From Antedon mediterranea (lineage: Eukaryota > Animalia > Echinodermata), in the NCBI RefSeq assembly GCF_964355755.1, contig NC_092673.1, forward strand, positions 15,038,948 to 15,102,947: a DNA stretch of 64,000 bases, read 5' to 3'. Position 1 is the stretch's first letter. Each line of letters opens with the position of its first letter. Both the position numbers and the translations under genes were made by a program. The notes below the pieces were generated by a model. It was not told where the DNA came from. It saw only the letters and a program-made list of their open reading frames with translations, and searched no databases. Shown one piece after another: positions 1-15,100 of the stretch.

Positions 1-12
1 TACAAAAAAAAC

Positions 13-132
13 ATGGAGGAACCTAGAGTAATAGCAACCCGTGGACTGAAACAAGCGAATTTCTCTGTTGGAGAGAAAATTTTGTGTTATGAACCAGATG
101 TATCAAAGGCGAGAGTGCTTTATGAATCAAAA
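13..132 (+). CDS. MSL3: MSL3 exon 1 (start of chromo-barrel)
   Basis: aaaacATGG start; [40 protein letters not shown]; donor gtaagt at 133. Confidence 0.92.
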
Positions 133-3100
133 GTAAGTATCAGAAACACAAAATAATTGTGGCTAGGGCCTAGCGAGGCCCTGGCTGGTTAGTGTTTTAT
201 CTCTGTGTTTTGCGGGGGAGAAAGGTTGTAGTAGTAGTATAGTACACTACACACTTACTTTAATGAGCGTTTGGCATGTCCACTTTTATTGTCCATAATT
301 TGTAAAAGTTTACTTATTACAGAAATTAGCATAAATGTATGTAAAGAAAATAAACGATAATATTTCGGCATTTCAGCAAGCAAGTAAAGTACAACATTCA
401 TTCAAGCAAGCAGGTACTAGGGCCTAGCTTAGTTAGGCTATCCTATCCTATGCTTACAGACAGACAAAAATGTTTTGTGATGTGCACTGGTTTTCTACTA
501 CTAGGCCTAGCCTAGACTCAATAAATTAATATCATTGTATTTTTTCTTGCACTGTTATTTTGTATCACTACAAATTACAATTAACTCATATTTTTTTAAG
601 ATGATGGATTGATGAATGTTGTATAATATAAATATGATTGATGAGACTTACATATTTAATTACGATTTTGTTTTCATAGCCAGGATTAAAGTTGGTTATA
701 TTTGCAAAGAATTAATGATTCAAAAGGATTACTTTGTAATTTCTGTCAACAACCTTAGGCCTATTTTATTGGTGTACTGACTGCATATTTACAAATAGTG
801 CAGCAGGAAAGATTGCTACAGTACTACACCACTTTTAATACTTACTAGGCCTAATACTAGTAGTAGGCCTAACCCATGATGATAGATATACTACTGTCCA
901 AAGCTCAAAGTAAATCATCATAGTCATACAGTATGCAGAATAAACTTTTTTTTAAACTTGGTTTTCCTAAGAATAATTATTTTTAATGCGCAGCCTTAAT
1001 TATAAAGATGTATTGTCCCCCAAAAACATGAAAAATGAAGATTAATTAAATCAGACTTTGAATATGCTATTTTGTAGTTTTAATAAAATGAATCACTTCC
1101 GTAGAAACAAATGGAAACAAGTAATGTTTTCACTTATAAAATGGCACAATAAATGGTTAAATTCAACCAAAAACCCATTGGCTGGCAGCCAATTTGACAA
1201 TTTTTTTGCTTTAAATTACTGTTTTTTCAGGTAAATACATTTTCTTTCGATCCAATTTTTGGTCAAAGTGGATAAATATTATGTTACATTAAAATGACAT
1301 ATTCAACAAAAAATTTGTTAATAATTATTTTTCAGGGGGACAATACATCTCTAACTAAAACATCGCTCTCAGTCAATACATTTAACACTTTTTTAAAGAC
1401 AGTTTTTATGTAAATATATAATATTTATATATTTATACTTTCAGCTTCTGCTGCTTTTTGTATATGTTTTTTTATACCGAAATAAATAAATAAAAATAAA
1501 CTAACCAGACTTGTTCACTGCTGTGTACATAAAGATTTAACATTCAGTTTCTTTAAGTACACCAAAAGCCCAGTTAATGCTAAAGATTCAGGACAGACAA
1601 TAAAGCAGTATATTGACACAATTATTAGTACTATAGCAGCATTAGTACTAACATAAAACTCATTCTCACTGTCTTGGACTACAGTATGTCATCTCAAATG
1701 AACATTACATCTTTTAAGAATAAATTTACGAATAATTATTAATGGATACTTGCTGACAATTTATGAAATAGTGTTTTTCATAATTACCAAATTTATAATT
1801 ATTATATTGTATAAAGGAATTATTGAGTCATAGTGGCCTAGGTCGTTTTTGTTTTTCCTGACCTGTTTTTATTGGGTTTTGTTTTGGTCAAATAAATAAA
1901 TGAAATGAAATACATTTTGTTTTAAAGATATTGGATGTTGATTGGACAAGAGATGAAAAGGGAAAGAGAGTGCCAGAATATCTTGTCCATTTTAATGGTT
2001 GGAACTCCAGGTAAGATAATATAATTTATATATTATAACTTTTCAGTCATTTTTTTGCTATTAATTATGCTTTTATTGTTATACAGTAACCTGTTTTGTT
2101 GTAGATATTTGGTTTGGGAATCTGTTTTGAATTTTATACTAAAATTGTATATTATATTATTATTAGTAGGCCTATAACTGTTTTTAGAAGCACTAGCTTA
2201 TCTTGACAATATTGATAAAATTATGCCACATAGTATATAATTATATATTCCGACCATACAGGTAAGGATATAACATTAAAAACAAAATATTCTTTCTATT
2301 TTGCTAGTTTTAAAGTGTCATCTGTAAATGGTTAATTGTAAACAGATATCCAGGATTAGATCCTTCTCATTGGTTAAATTGTTAGTTACCATTTCAACAA
2401 TTGCATCACATTACATTCAACCATTAAAATATTATTTTTAATATTAAAATTAATTTTGTTCTTTCTTCGGATTTTATGTTAGCATATTGTTGTACTTGTT
2501 CATGAGACAATTACAGAAGTCACAATTTTTTTAATCTATGTATAAACAATGGATAATAAACTAATTTAAAAGTACTTGTAATTCCTATATTCTATGAATG
2601 ACTGGATTTCAGTATGCATAGATTTTCTTTCCATGTTAGTACATTAATTCTGCATCTTCTATTTTATAGGAATAAATTAGTATACTGTTTTTGCTCAATG
2701 TAATTGTAGTTCGTAATAGAACATATAATGTATAAAAAATCTAATGGATTCAATTTTGATGACAGTTGGGATCGATGGGCTCCTGAAGAGTATGTACTTA
2801 AACACACTGAAGAGAATATAGACTTACAAAGAAGGTTGCAGGAAGATGCTAAAGACAAATTGTAAGTTTCTTTTTAAAAAAAACACTTACTCTGGTTTTC
2901 TTGAAAGTTAGGTTTTTGAATACATTTTAAATCGTTTTTAAAATAGTAGTGAGCTTTATGCAAGGATTTCTTAAGTAGTCAAAACATGAGCGATAATATT
3001 TCTCTAGTATGAATAAACATTATGCAGTATCGTGTCTTCTGATAGCAACCTTCATCCCATGGGATACTGTATAACTTCTCCTGACTACACAGGCTTGCAC

Positions 3101-6100
3101 TACTGTATACATACAGTATACTTTTTCACGCCTTTCTGTCAGCCAGTTGTTCGGTTGATATGTTGGTGTCTTAGCTTTCCATATATATACGGTATATTTT
3201 TGGAAGCGTAAATGCTCATTTAAGAAAAATACCGTATTTTATATACTGTATTTTCCCCACCAAATTTGTGGATAAAATACGGAATTTGTAAATTTATACC
3301 ATATTTTTGGTACACTTTTCTGCTGCCAATTAAAAATACAGTATATTTTGATTTTCTGTAAGCTTTTTACACATGGATGGATAATAATCTACAGTATAGT
3401 CAACGAAAGTAAAGAACAACATCACAACATTTGCAAATAATCTGTTACAAATAATTCAGGAAAATTAAAAAGGAACAAACAGGGAAAAATTTCATTTTTG
3501 AAATTTTGTTTAGCAAAATTGCTAATCAAACTGATTTTTGAGTCAAGAAACATAGTTTTGTATTGTATTTTTTGCTACACAATTTTAGAAATGTGTAGCA
3601 ATATTGTTGTTTTGTATAGCTTTTTGCTATGCTACACTGGCGAAATTATTCCCTGAAAAACAGGACACCGTAATTGTATACCTTATTTTGAGGATATGCA
3701 GCAGAAACAGGCCCCAAGTGAACACCTACCTTACTTGAATTGTGTAAAAAAAAAATTGGATTTTAGGTTTAAAGGCGTAACAGCTATGAGCGCTCACTGG
3801 CTAAACCCAGGGGCCCTAGTGCTTAAGGGCATGCTACTACCCAGCATTGGAAAGCCCCTTAGGAGTGCTAAGCCTTGCTTCCTGCGTTACGCCACTGTTT
3901 AGGTTGTAAACATAATACAGTCGACTCCGCCTAAGTCGAATCTAATGGGACCGGTATAAAAATTCGAGTTACGCGAACTTCGACTTACAGATTTGCCAAA
4001 AAAATGCTAGGCCTAGGTTCACTCACTAGCTGCGCTATGGCTAGGCCTATTGTGGACCCTGCCCTGTCGCGATCGCGGCCCACGCGATGAGCCTTCTTGA
4101 ATTGAATTTGCTTAGCTAGCTAGCTAGGCCTAATAAATGCTAAGCCTCTTTATCGACAATGATAAACTGTATTTTTCCGAAACAATACAAAAACGTATAA
4201 TAAATACATTTCGGTTCTTATTCGAAATCGGTATCTATTGTTTATTGCCATCTGTCTAGCACAAAATAGGTACCCACAAAACGCCGCTCAAGTTCTCAAC
4301 TCTGAAACAACTCATACTATACACTATACACTAGCGCGAGTTGTAGGACGCCGCCTATACTATACAACCTGCTTGAGAGAACCGATATGGTCCCACATTT
4401 TCCCCTCTGTTGTTTGTTTATCGAATTACGTACGTTTCATCGGCTTTTTTAACGCGTTGTTGCCGCGTAATTTGTGACTTCGACTTATACAATATAAATC
4501 ACTAAAGAATGTGTGTATTCGGACCGCAAAAAGACGTCGACTTAGACGAATTTCGACTTAGAAATATTCGACTTCGAAATAAAAATTACACAGTAATGTA
4601 TAGGAAAGAATTGGGACTTTCCTAAAAATTCGACTTTCGCGATTTTTCGACTTACGCGAATTCGACTTAGGCGGAGTCGACTGTAATAGAATATAGCATT
4701 GACTTTGTATTGTAATGATCCAATGTAATGAACATCATTGCCTGCAGTCATATAAAGGAAGCTAGATTAGAAAAGATGTGGTTTAAAAAAATTGATATAC
4801 AATACATACAATAATAATAAAGTTCATTATCCTTCAAGTAATGTTGTTGTCACGTTTAGACCAGGATTCAATCAACATGACATGGTTTTTTTTTTCTATT
4901 AAAAAATAATTAATTCTGTATGGTTTGCTTGGTCAGCTACTGCAATGGCTATTTCATAAATCATGCACATTATAATATAATATGAGTCAATGTACAGTAG
5001 GTAGTTCACTGAGACCACAAACATTCATTGAAGAAATGAAGTTTTACTGGCTGAGGTTAAATTTCAATCCCAGAGCTATAAAAAAAAGGTAATACCTTAA
5101 TTGAAATAACTTAAATTACGGTATTGTTTGCTTTAGCAAATAGTATGCCTTGGATCAAGGCAATCAGAATATTGTATTGTACTTAAATTGGGTTTTTGTA
5201 CAGTATAGTAGTACATCACAAGAATGGATGAAAACTGTTTTCACAACTCTTTTCCAAAATAAAATGGTATGGTGTACCAAAAAAAAAAATACATATCCCA
5301 CCACATTACTGTGTGATACATAGTGCAAATGTACTATACATACTGTAGATCTGACAGGACCATGTGTGTGGTTGGTTCTGTGAATTTTAAAGTTTTATCG
5401 TGGGAAAAAAAAACATTCTTAGAAAAATTGATTTTTAGAAATGGGCCCTGTTTCTGCTGCCAAATAAATACCGTATTTAATACGTACCGTAACGGTATTT
5501 TTTGACAGCGGAAACGGCGCTCATAAGTAAAATACCGTATTTTGTATACCAAATTTGTGGATAAAACACGGTATTCTAAAATTTATACCGTATTTTCTGT
5601 AACCATTTCTGCTGCCAATAAAAAATACCATATTTTTTTTTACCTGCGACATGAGGTCAACATCATGTTTTTATTTTCTGTCGCTGTCAGCTGTTTTACA
5701 CACGTGTATAGATATATTCGGTGAAAATGTGGAGCAAAGAAGTCACAGTATTTACTACATAATCTGTGTAGGAGGGAGGGGAAGCTAAAATGTCAGGTCA
5801 ACTAAAAGGTAATAAAAGGGACAATCCCATTTAAAGACATTTCTAAAAAAATATAGCAGGAGTACGTAATAGACGTCTCTCCAAAGCAAGTAAACTTAAG
5901 GCTGAAGAGCTTGCGAAAGCAGTACAACATTGCAAAAGACAATAACTCGGGGAGGGAACAAATTACTTGTCCCCATTTCGATGTCTTCTGTGCTCTCACA
6001 ACATCTCTATCACTAGGACTAGGCTGTTAAAAGTGAGGCGTAAAACTTCCTTTTAATTATCGATCAAATAAATGAATGACAATTTGGGTAAAAAGGATGA

Positions 6101-9100
6101 ATTTTAACACGACCACCCAAGAAGTATTGTTAGCAGAAACGGGGTACTAAAAAATATGGTATAAAAAATACCTTATTTTATACCATATTTTGAGCAGTTG
6201 CAGCAGAAACAGGCCCATGGATACACGATATATGGGCCTATGTCGCCCTTTGGAACAGTTTTACTTTAATCGCTTAATTTAATGCTGCTCTGAAAACTCC
6301 TCTTTTCTCTATTAAGTTTTCCACTTTCCATTTCTTTGGGTTTAAGCGAAATGAAGCTTTGCATAATGCTCTATTCATAAGCCCCATTTATTATTATTAT
6401 TAATTACATTTTTGTGTAAAAGTAGCATTACTTGCATAGAATTCTCATAAAATACTTTGATATTTAAACATCCTACAAATTTGCTTTGTTTTTAACTCTG
6501 GTCTATCCCTGCTAAATTAATAATTTATGATCCAACTTATCCAGAGGAGGTCCTGTAAGTTTCATAAACACATCTTTACATTGTAGTCTAACCTCTATCA
6601 TCATCTTTCCACTTGGTTGCTTATAGAAACCATTACTATCGGGCTAATTAGTTACAGAAGTCAGTGAACCTAATATCATGAATTGTGGATTGAATCCGCC
6701 AGATCTGTTAATAACAAAATCCTGATTGTCTAATTGGTTTGGCTTAGTCTCAGTTTAATAGTGGATAGTACTGTAAACGATATCTTGTCCAGTTTAAAGA
6801 TAAACAATGAACATGTGTTTACTATAGTTCTTATCACTAAAGACAACTTTACTAAAGGTAGTAGAGCTGTTTTAGAGCTCTGCATACTGTATCACCGAAT
6901 AAACTGTTTATTTCAAAAAGTAAAATTTTTAGATCGACAACATTTCTGCTAAATTTGTACTCCCAAATAACTGTTTGAATTTGTGTTGAAGGAGGTTAGT
7001 AAGTTATTTAGACATAGCAACTTGAAATAGGATGACTTGACACAGTCCTAACTGCAGATTAAATTGTTATTGTTTCACCCCACAATAGGTAACACACAGT
7101 GGAATTTGAAATAGGTTTAACTACAATGATGACTTTTTACATTACAGTCCTACTGTAGGTTCTGTTTTTATCATTTCACCCCACAATAGGTAACACTTAG
7201 TTTACTATACAGTACTTACTGGCAATAGAATTAAACGTTTTTATATACTGAACTCCATTATTTAAAAAAGGCCCATTACTTCCGCAAGAGTGAACCTTAC
7301 AAAATGAAATTTTGTTGTTGTTAGCCATTTTGCTAAATACAATGCAGTACAGTTTAGACTCAAACAGTACTCCAGGCATTTACACCAGCTTCACATATTG
7401 TGTGTGTTTTTATAATAAAACAAGCTAATATTTTTGGTATTTTTCTAGAGCGATATTACTTTTTTATCACCAGACCAGACTGTTCATAACTATTCATGCT
7501 GAGTTTAGACGTGCCATTTTATACAATCACAAAACAAACTCAAGGACACATTTTATTTTTGATTTTCCCTTTTTTCAATAAACTACTACACAGGTCCTGT
7601 TTCGGGTGTCACGAAACCTAAGACCATGAAAGATAAGACCCCCTAAGACCTAAGATCACGAAAGCTAAGATCCAAGAACTAAGATTACAAATTCTAAGAT
7701 ATACAGTACTACAGCTTAAAAACAATACTTGTTTATCCATACATAATTTTAAACATAGTAGGTTTCATTTATTACCATAAATATAATTAAATACTACCGC
7801 AAAACATAGATAAACTCGCGTTATTTTCGCCCGTTGAGTAAACTCCCTCCCGCCGTCCCCGCAGTCAAGTACACGGAAAATGATGACGGTGGTACGTTGG
7901 TACGTTCCCACATGAGGGCGTGGTTGCGGACGGGTTCATTATAATACAGGGTGTTCTAGGAACTTTTCACTTTCGTATCTAAGCCCTCCCTCTGGAGAGC
8001 ACGGGCTATTGTCGGTTTATACAGGTAAGCTAGCACTCATAGACTACTAACACCACTACTGGTTTGTGTATTTTTTTTTTACAACAAACAAACTTGACGG
8101 GTTGTTTGTTGGTATATATTTACTCCATTGTGTTGGTTCAGAGGATGTTTTTCTTTCGCACACTGCCTTTCTTGTATTTTGACTCCAAATTTGTTAACTA
8201 ACTTTATCCTGAATACCACACTTTAAAATTAGGACTTATAAGTACTTTCAGAAGGAGAAACACATAAAAACAAATAAATAAATCCTTTGAATAAATTGAT
8301 GATTTTACAGACGTGTTTCTTTGTATACTGTAACTCCTCCCATGCTCAATGTTTTTGTTTCTATGGAGCGCCAAAAGAGCAACAATAATAGTACAAATAT
8401 AAAAACAGAAAGAAAACGAAACAAAAAAACTTATTATCATGATTTTTAAATTAAAATTTATTTGCGAGTATTTATTTCTTCGTACTAGCATGATTATACT
8501 ATTATCATTACAATTTTAATTTTACATTGCTCCATCCACACTGTAGATGGACTCCACAGAGTTTTCAGCCCTCTATATAATTTTTGCTCTTTTGACGTAT
8601 CATAGAAACAAAAACATTGAACATGGGGTAGGCCTACTGTACTGTAGGCTAGTCATGCGAAATTTGCAAACAGTATTTTTGCGAGAAAAATGTCTGTAAA
8701 ATAATCAATTTAAAAATGTATTTGTTACTTTTTATGTGATTCTTTTTCATAAAAGTGCTAATTCTAAGGTTTTTGCATGAGAAATTTGTAACAGAGAGCT
8801 CCAGTGAGTGATGCCCGCCCTCATAAGGGCGGATGTATACATACTAAATAAGACTTGATTTAATAGATATTATACATGTCACATTAAATAAAATTATGAT
8901 AATAGTTTTTGCAATTGTAAACTATTTTATAATACATATTTATTAACAAACTAGTGTACATTCACTTTTACAGACAATTATTTACTAACATGCTAAGTTA
9001 GTTCACAAAAAAGGCCTAACACAGCAACACCAAAAATCAACAAATCGTTACTCAGCACGGCCTATTCTTTACCATTGCCGTGTACTACTCTACGTGGTGT

Positions 9101-12100
9101 TCAGAATAAATGTTGGGAGTTAAAATACAAGGCAGGTGCGAAAGATAAATATTTGTAATCTTAGTTCTTGGGTCTTAGCTTTCGTGATCTTAGGTCTTAG
9201 GTGGTCTTAGCTTTCGTGGTCTTAGCAAAGAATATATATCACAAGAATGAGTATTCCGCGATTTTTGCATGAGAAATTTGTAACAGAGAGCTCCAGTGAG
9301 TGATGCCCGCCCTCATAAGGGCGGATGTATACATACTAAATAAGACTTGATTTAATAGATATTATACATGTCACATTAAATAAAATTATGATAATAGTTT
9401 TTGCAATTGTAAACTATTTTATAATACATATTTATTAACAAACTAGTGTACATTCACTTTTACAGACAATTATTTACTAACATGCTAAGTTAGTTCACAA
9501 AAAAGGCCTAACACAGCAACACCAAAAATCAACAAATCGTTACTCAGCACAGCCTATTCTTTACCATTGCCGTGTACTACTCTACGCCCGTTAAATTAAG
9601 TATTGTTTTTATGATATAAATTAGTATAATTAAAATACATGTTATTAATAGGACAAAATGTTAAATGTCATTAACATTTATTTGTTTTACCAGAAACAAG
9701 TTAAATATAGGAATATTATTAACTATCCTTCGTGAAAACGCGTAAACACCGGTTGATAAAGCAAACTTTTTACAATGCAGTTTTTACTAAATAAATTGCA
9801 TAAAACGAACAATTAAATATCCAAATAGTATTTAACATGATGTTGGCATGTAGTTAATAACATTTTTTATCATGAAAATACTACCGGTGGTCTAGCTTTT
9901 GATTATTGAAACCGTCACAAAAAGTTGTATACATCCCAGATACATCCACACTTATGGCGGCGCACTACCACATCATGGACAATATTGCTGTTACAGGGAA
10001 AATCGCGGATTACTCATTCTTGTGATATATATTCTTTGGTCTTAGGTTTTGTGACACCCGTCCTGTTTCTGATGCATAAAAATAACTGGTTAAAAACGGT
10101 GTGAATAGATTTACCCCAAAACAGTGGTAACATAAAGAACATCATACAGTACACTAGCTATAGGCCTAGTCTTGTGTACTATTTGCTACATTAGTTGTTG
10201 TCTTTCTTTTTTAGCAGAATCCATTATTACAAATTGGGAAAGACCTGGTATTTTTGTTGAAAAGTTGTCTTGCTTTCACGATCAAATGAAAGTTGGTGCA
10301 TCACAGAAGCAAAACAAAAATATTAATCTGCACGCAATGCATCCTGGTATTTACAGCGGGCTGCTTAAATGATTAGAATCAACTTATTTTTCACATTTTT
10401 ACCGTTTAAACTTAAAGACAAAACAATTATTGATAGGCCCCATATATATTTATTTTTACCTAAAACGCAGTTTGTGACATTTAATTTGATCACAAAAAAA
10501 ACGTAAGGAAAGTGTCTTTAACTATCAGTATTGACCATTCAGATGATAGAACACACATTTGATAATAAAGTTATAATAATCTAAAAAGCTTTACATGATA
10601 CAAAGTACAAACATTGTACTGTAACCTGTTTTAATTTGAACTTGTAATGTAATAATCCACCAGAGATGATATAGCCTAGAGTAAACCTGCTTTGTTTTCA
10701 AATTATTCTTAATTACATCGGATTTAATATTCCTATATCAAATTAATGCATCATTTGCTGATTTCACAAACACATTCAGTCTTATTTTCGTCGTTAAAAA
10801 AAATGTTGATGTGAGTGTTCGTGGTTTGTACTACGTGATCATGAGACAATACACTCAGTACTTGAAACTAGTTTCCTAGAATTCATAAAACAAATATATA
10901 ATGTTGTGTGTGTACAGCAAGATGTGTTTGTTGTCTTTGCTGGTAACAATTCTGCTGGTTTTGTTTAGACTCCAACAAATTCTAATTTTATTGATGTTGG
11001 TATTCTGTATTTTGCCCACATATTTGTGGCAAAGTATTTCTGTACCTTAAAAACATAAAATAGCCATTGTTGTGGATGTGTTGATTGATTTCTCTTCTTA
11101 ATAAGAATTGAATACTATAGTCTCTTTATCTGCGAAGCCAAAAAATACTGTATACTATTATTAAGGCAATGTGAAAAAAAGTCCACTCCCTACCTCCGAA
11201 TATAGCACCAGCGATTTTAAATTATTTTTTACTTGCTGATCAACTTGAACGACAGAATTAACTGTGAAAGTCCCATTTGAAAACTTACTTTATAAACATA
11301 CCATAACACACAAAACATAACATTTTGTCCATTCTGAAATTAACTGGTTTCAAATCCTGTTTCAAAGCTATTTTTATCAAAAGACTACTCAGATTTTGTC
11401 TATATGGTCTCAATTTACAAGCATTTGGATAAAGTCAATAAACATATATCATAACCCACAAAACATAACATTTTGTCCATATGGCTACTGTAAGTGGTAG
11501 ATATACAATTAACAGAAAAACCTTCTCACTTTTTTAAAAAAAGGACGATTGACAATTTATTTTTTTTAAGTGGCCTAATATTAATAATGTTACTATTGAG
11601 ATTCAGATTTGTATAATTGTTTCTTATACAAATTCAGGTAAGACTTTAATTACAAAAATACAATACTGTAGATATAAAAACGTAAACATTAAAAATATAC
11701 AGATAAAGCCTGGATAAAGCAATTAAAATAAGTTCAGAATAAAGTTATTCTTCATTCATTCATTTACTGACATTATACACATGAATAAGTAAGGTAGGGA
11801 TGGATGACAATATTATTATTAATGATTTGTTCTGCATATCAAACATTAACAAAACAATGGTTTTTATGAATTAACCTCATATTTATTAAAATGTATTTTA
11901 AATTGGCATGCTGTGTGAAACCTCATTCATGTTCATTTTAAAATCATATTATTGGTACCTCATGGTAATGACAAGCTGCTTCATTCAAAACACTATACAA
12001 AGAGCTAGATGATTAATGAATGAATGCTATTAGATGTAGGTTCGTTGAACCTTTGTCTAACCACAGACTTCAGCATAAGGTCCAGTGCTTAGATTACAAT

Positions 12101-15100
12101 GTGGTTTGACCTTTGCAGGAAGTAGAGTAATGTTGGGGTCGTTGGCATGCATACAATGATTGGATAGTGACCGAATTGTTAATGATAAATTTCCATAATT
12201 TGTTTCTTGAGTATAAATATCAAATATTCATCTAATGTACTGTATTGAGTTTGTGATTGCTTTCATTCGTAGACATCTCGCTTTATAAAGATGATTTACT
12301 CGTTAATTATTCAATATCCGTTAATTCATGTTGTGTTATAAATAAGATCATTGGCACTATAAATTATCAATGGTTGTATCTACAGGTTTTTTACCCTTTA
12401 ACTTGGAATAAACCACATTCTTTTTTAATTTGTCTAATATTCTGATAATGAAGATATTCTTTAAAAAATATATCAGTCACAGTTTCTATTGTCAATTATT
12501 CAATGTTAATTTTAAATGAATAATTGTTTCCAATATTTTTTAAAGTGTATTTGTAATATATAATTTGTAATTGATGATTGTTTTTATCTTTCAGGAAAAA
12601 GAAGAAAAAGCCTTCTCTAAAGGAAAAGGTTGATGCAGCTAGAACTCCTGTTGAAGAAGAAGGTAACTGTGTATTTTAATTACAGTATTTATTTGACGCA
12701 AAATACTGTAATCCCATATGTAGCTGTCCATTAGCAACATCTCCTAATCGTGTTTACATTATATTAGTTTTTCTTATTTCATTTCTAAAGACGATGAAAG
12801 AAAATGTTACTAGTATATGAGACCAAAAGAGATGGTTTGACAAAATTTACTGTAAATACTCTGCTCATTTGTAAGCGATACAGTCAAATTAGAGCGGCAC
12901 CTCATAACAGGCCTTGTTGTATCTTGTAACTTCAATATTTGCATATAATTTTGCTTTATATACAAAGACTATTATTTTGTCACACACTTCCTGGAATGTA
13001 AACTGTAAATGTATTTCCTGCCTAGTAAAAAAAGTGTGTTGTTTTATTCAAAGTGTTTGCTAGTCTTTGTTATTTCTGTCTGATCATCGTACTCTGCTTC
13101 TATTCTCATTGTCTGTACAACCTGCATTTTTTTTATCGTCAGTTGTAACCTTTAGATCATATACCTTTGTACAGTGTTTCACATCGGGAATACATATTTA
13201 CATTTTTTTCTATCGTTATTTAAAATTATGTGTAAAACACCAATAAAAGGTAAAATATGAATATAAAATTATAACAAATAATTGTAAAACATTCAATTAA
13301 TTTAAAAAAAGTTACTGTACTGTTCAAATATTCACTGGATTTGTACATAAAACGCATTTTAAATTTACAGGAGAAAATTTAACATGAATAATGGGTTTAC
13401 AAAGAAAATACTATGTATGGACAAGGAAATTAAAGTAAAATTTAATTTAATAAATTAATGGGTCATATATCCATCTCATTTTACCCCCCAAAAAAGACAT
13501 TTTTAAACCCTACATCCTTCAATTTTGGTGAAATTTGGGGTATGGATAATTTAAAACGAGTAAAACTCAATTTCACTTTTTTAAACTACAATACAAAAAA
13601 TGAAAGGGTTTTGTTTTTTATTTTAATAATAATGAAAAATTAAAATTGAGATATTCTGATAATTTCCACAAAATTAAAAAATGTACAGCAGTTTCTTTTT
13701 ACTTTGATTTTATATTTTATAGAAGGACATATGGAGACAGACTATACCAGTTCAGTTAGTGATGAAGAAAGCAGTGTAAGTACATTGATTAATGTTTAAA
13801 AAAAATATTTTTACCAGTTTTCTATTAAATCTCTAAAAATGATACAGTCAACTCCCCAATACCGGACACCTTTGGGCTGGCCTAATATGTCTTGTTTTCT
13901 GGAAAGTCTGGTATTTGGAATGTGTTTCTAATGGTAACCATGATTTTGGGACATTTTGGAGCTCAAGAAAAGTCTGGTATAGGGAGAGTTGACTGTATTC
14001 AATTGTAATTTCACTATTATATTATCAGTATTTATCAAAAAATTATCATTTAACAAAAATGAACATAATTTGAGTACAAATTAATGTGTGTTTTTTGTTT
14101 TGGTTTAACAACAGGATTCTAGCAGTGATGAAGAAGACAAAGAAGTACCCATTGTCATCCCACCAGCACTAATATCAAAACTAGAAGAAGATTGTTATAC
14201 AATCAATTGTAAACATAAGGTGAGGCAGGAGTATTTAAGAGTCCCCCAGTGGATGGTGTTTGTTTGTTTGTTTTATCTTTATACTGGGTAACCTCTTCAG
14301 TCAAAGACTGATCTCCCAGAGGGCCCAGTTGGTGATCAGTGGCTGTGATGTACTAATACACCGGGGTAACCCCCTACTCGTCTCGAAAGATGTACTAGGT
14401 TCTTTAAAGTGCACACGAGCAAGTTGTGTACACTGGACCTACGGTTTATAGTCCTTATCCGATAAGACTCGTTCTACCACCAGAACCATGGAGTGAGTGA
14501 GCCTCGAACCCCTGCCGATGTTATGGCTACGTGATTACGGTTCCACTGCCATAACCGCTCGGCCACTCACTCACCTGGGAGACTTGCTGATCCTCACATC
14601 CACAGTATGGACTTTGACCCCCATTCTACTTTACTGCTGACAAAATAATTAGTGTTATCAATGTTGTTGCAAAGGTATATTTAAAACAATTGAAACTATG
14701 CCTAGAGCTACCCTTTGCAATACCATTGTTGTAGTGTAATAATAGTAATATCCTGGATGTATAAGATGCTAAATGTTTTGAAACCGTTAAGCGCTGTACA
14801 TATTATTACCCAATCAGAATAGAAACAGACTCTCATAATGCAACTAGTGATCAATAATTGATAAAGTGTCCAGTATTTACAGGAATCTGTAGCTACTACT
14901 AATACCAATAATAATGATAATACAGCATTTGGTTGTATTTCAGGGTACCTACGTTACAGTACAGTATCATTGCCGTTATCAAAATAACATAAAACTACCT
15001 ATCAATATAATTTTATCTTTCTGTTCTTTCAGTTAGTTAAGCTACCGTGTACACCGTCGGTGCTGACCATTTTGGAAGATTACATTAAATACTTTGCTGA

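Larger units (their letters stand above)
7603..10060. mobile_element. Non-autonomous TIR element (Mutator/Merlin-like) inserted in the left TIR of a Harbinger-like MITE
   Basis: TIR cgggtgtcacgaaacctaagacc / ggtcttaggttttgtgacacccg with taagac subterminal repeats; TSD tcctgttt (8 bp; can be read as 10 bp gtcctgtttc). Confidence 0.85.

Noticed and set aside
7073-11480. Short dispersed direct repeats (7073/7174; 11295/11440)
   Set aside because: Ordinary local duplications with no further structure.
14480-14575. Possible tRNA gene on the minus strand (also 47660, 48968, 51078)
   Set aside because: Imperfect cloverleaf; where flanks are readable they continue into SINE body and tail, so these are SINE heads.
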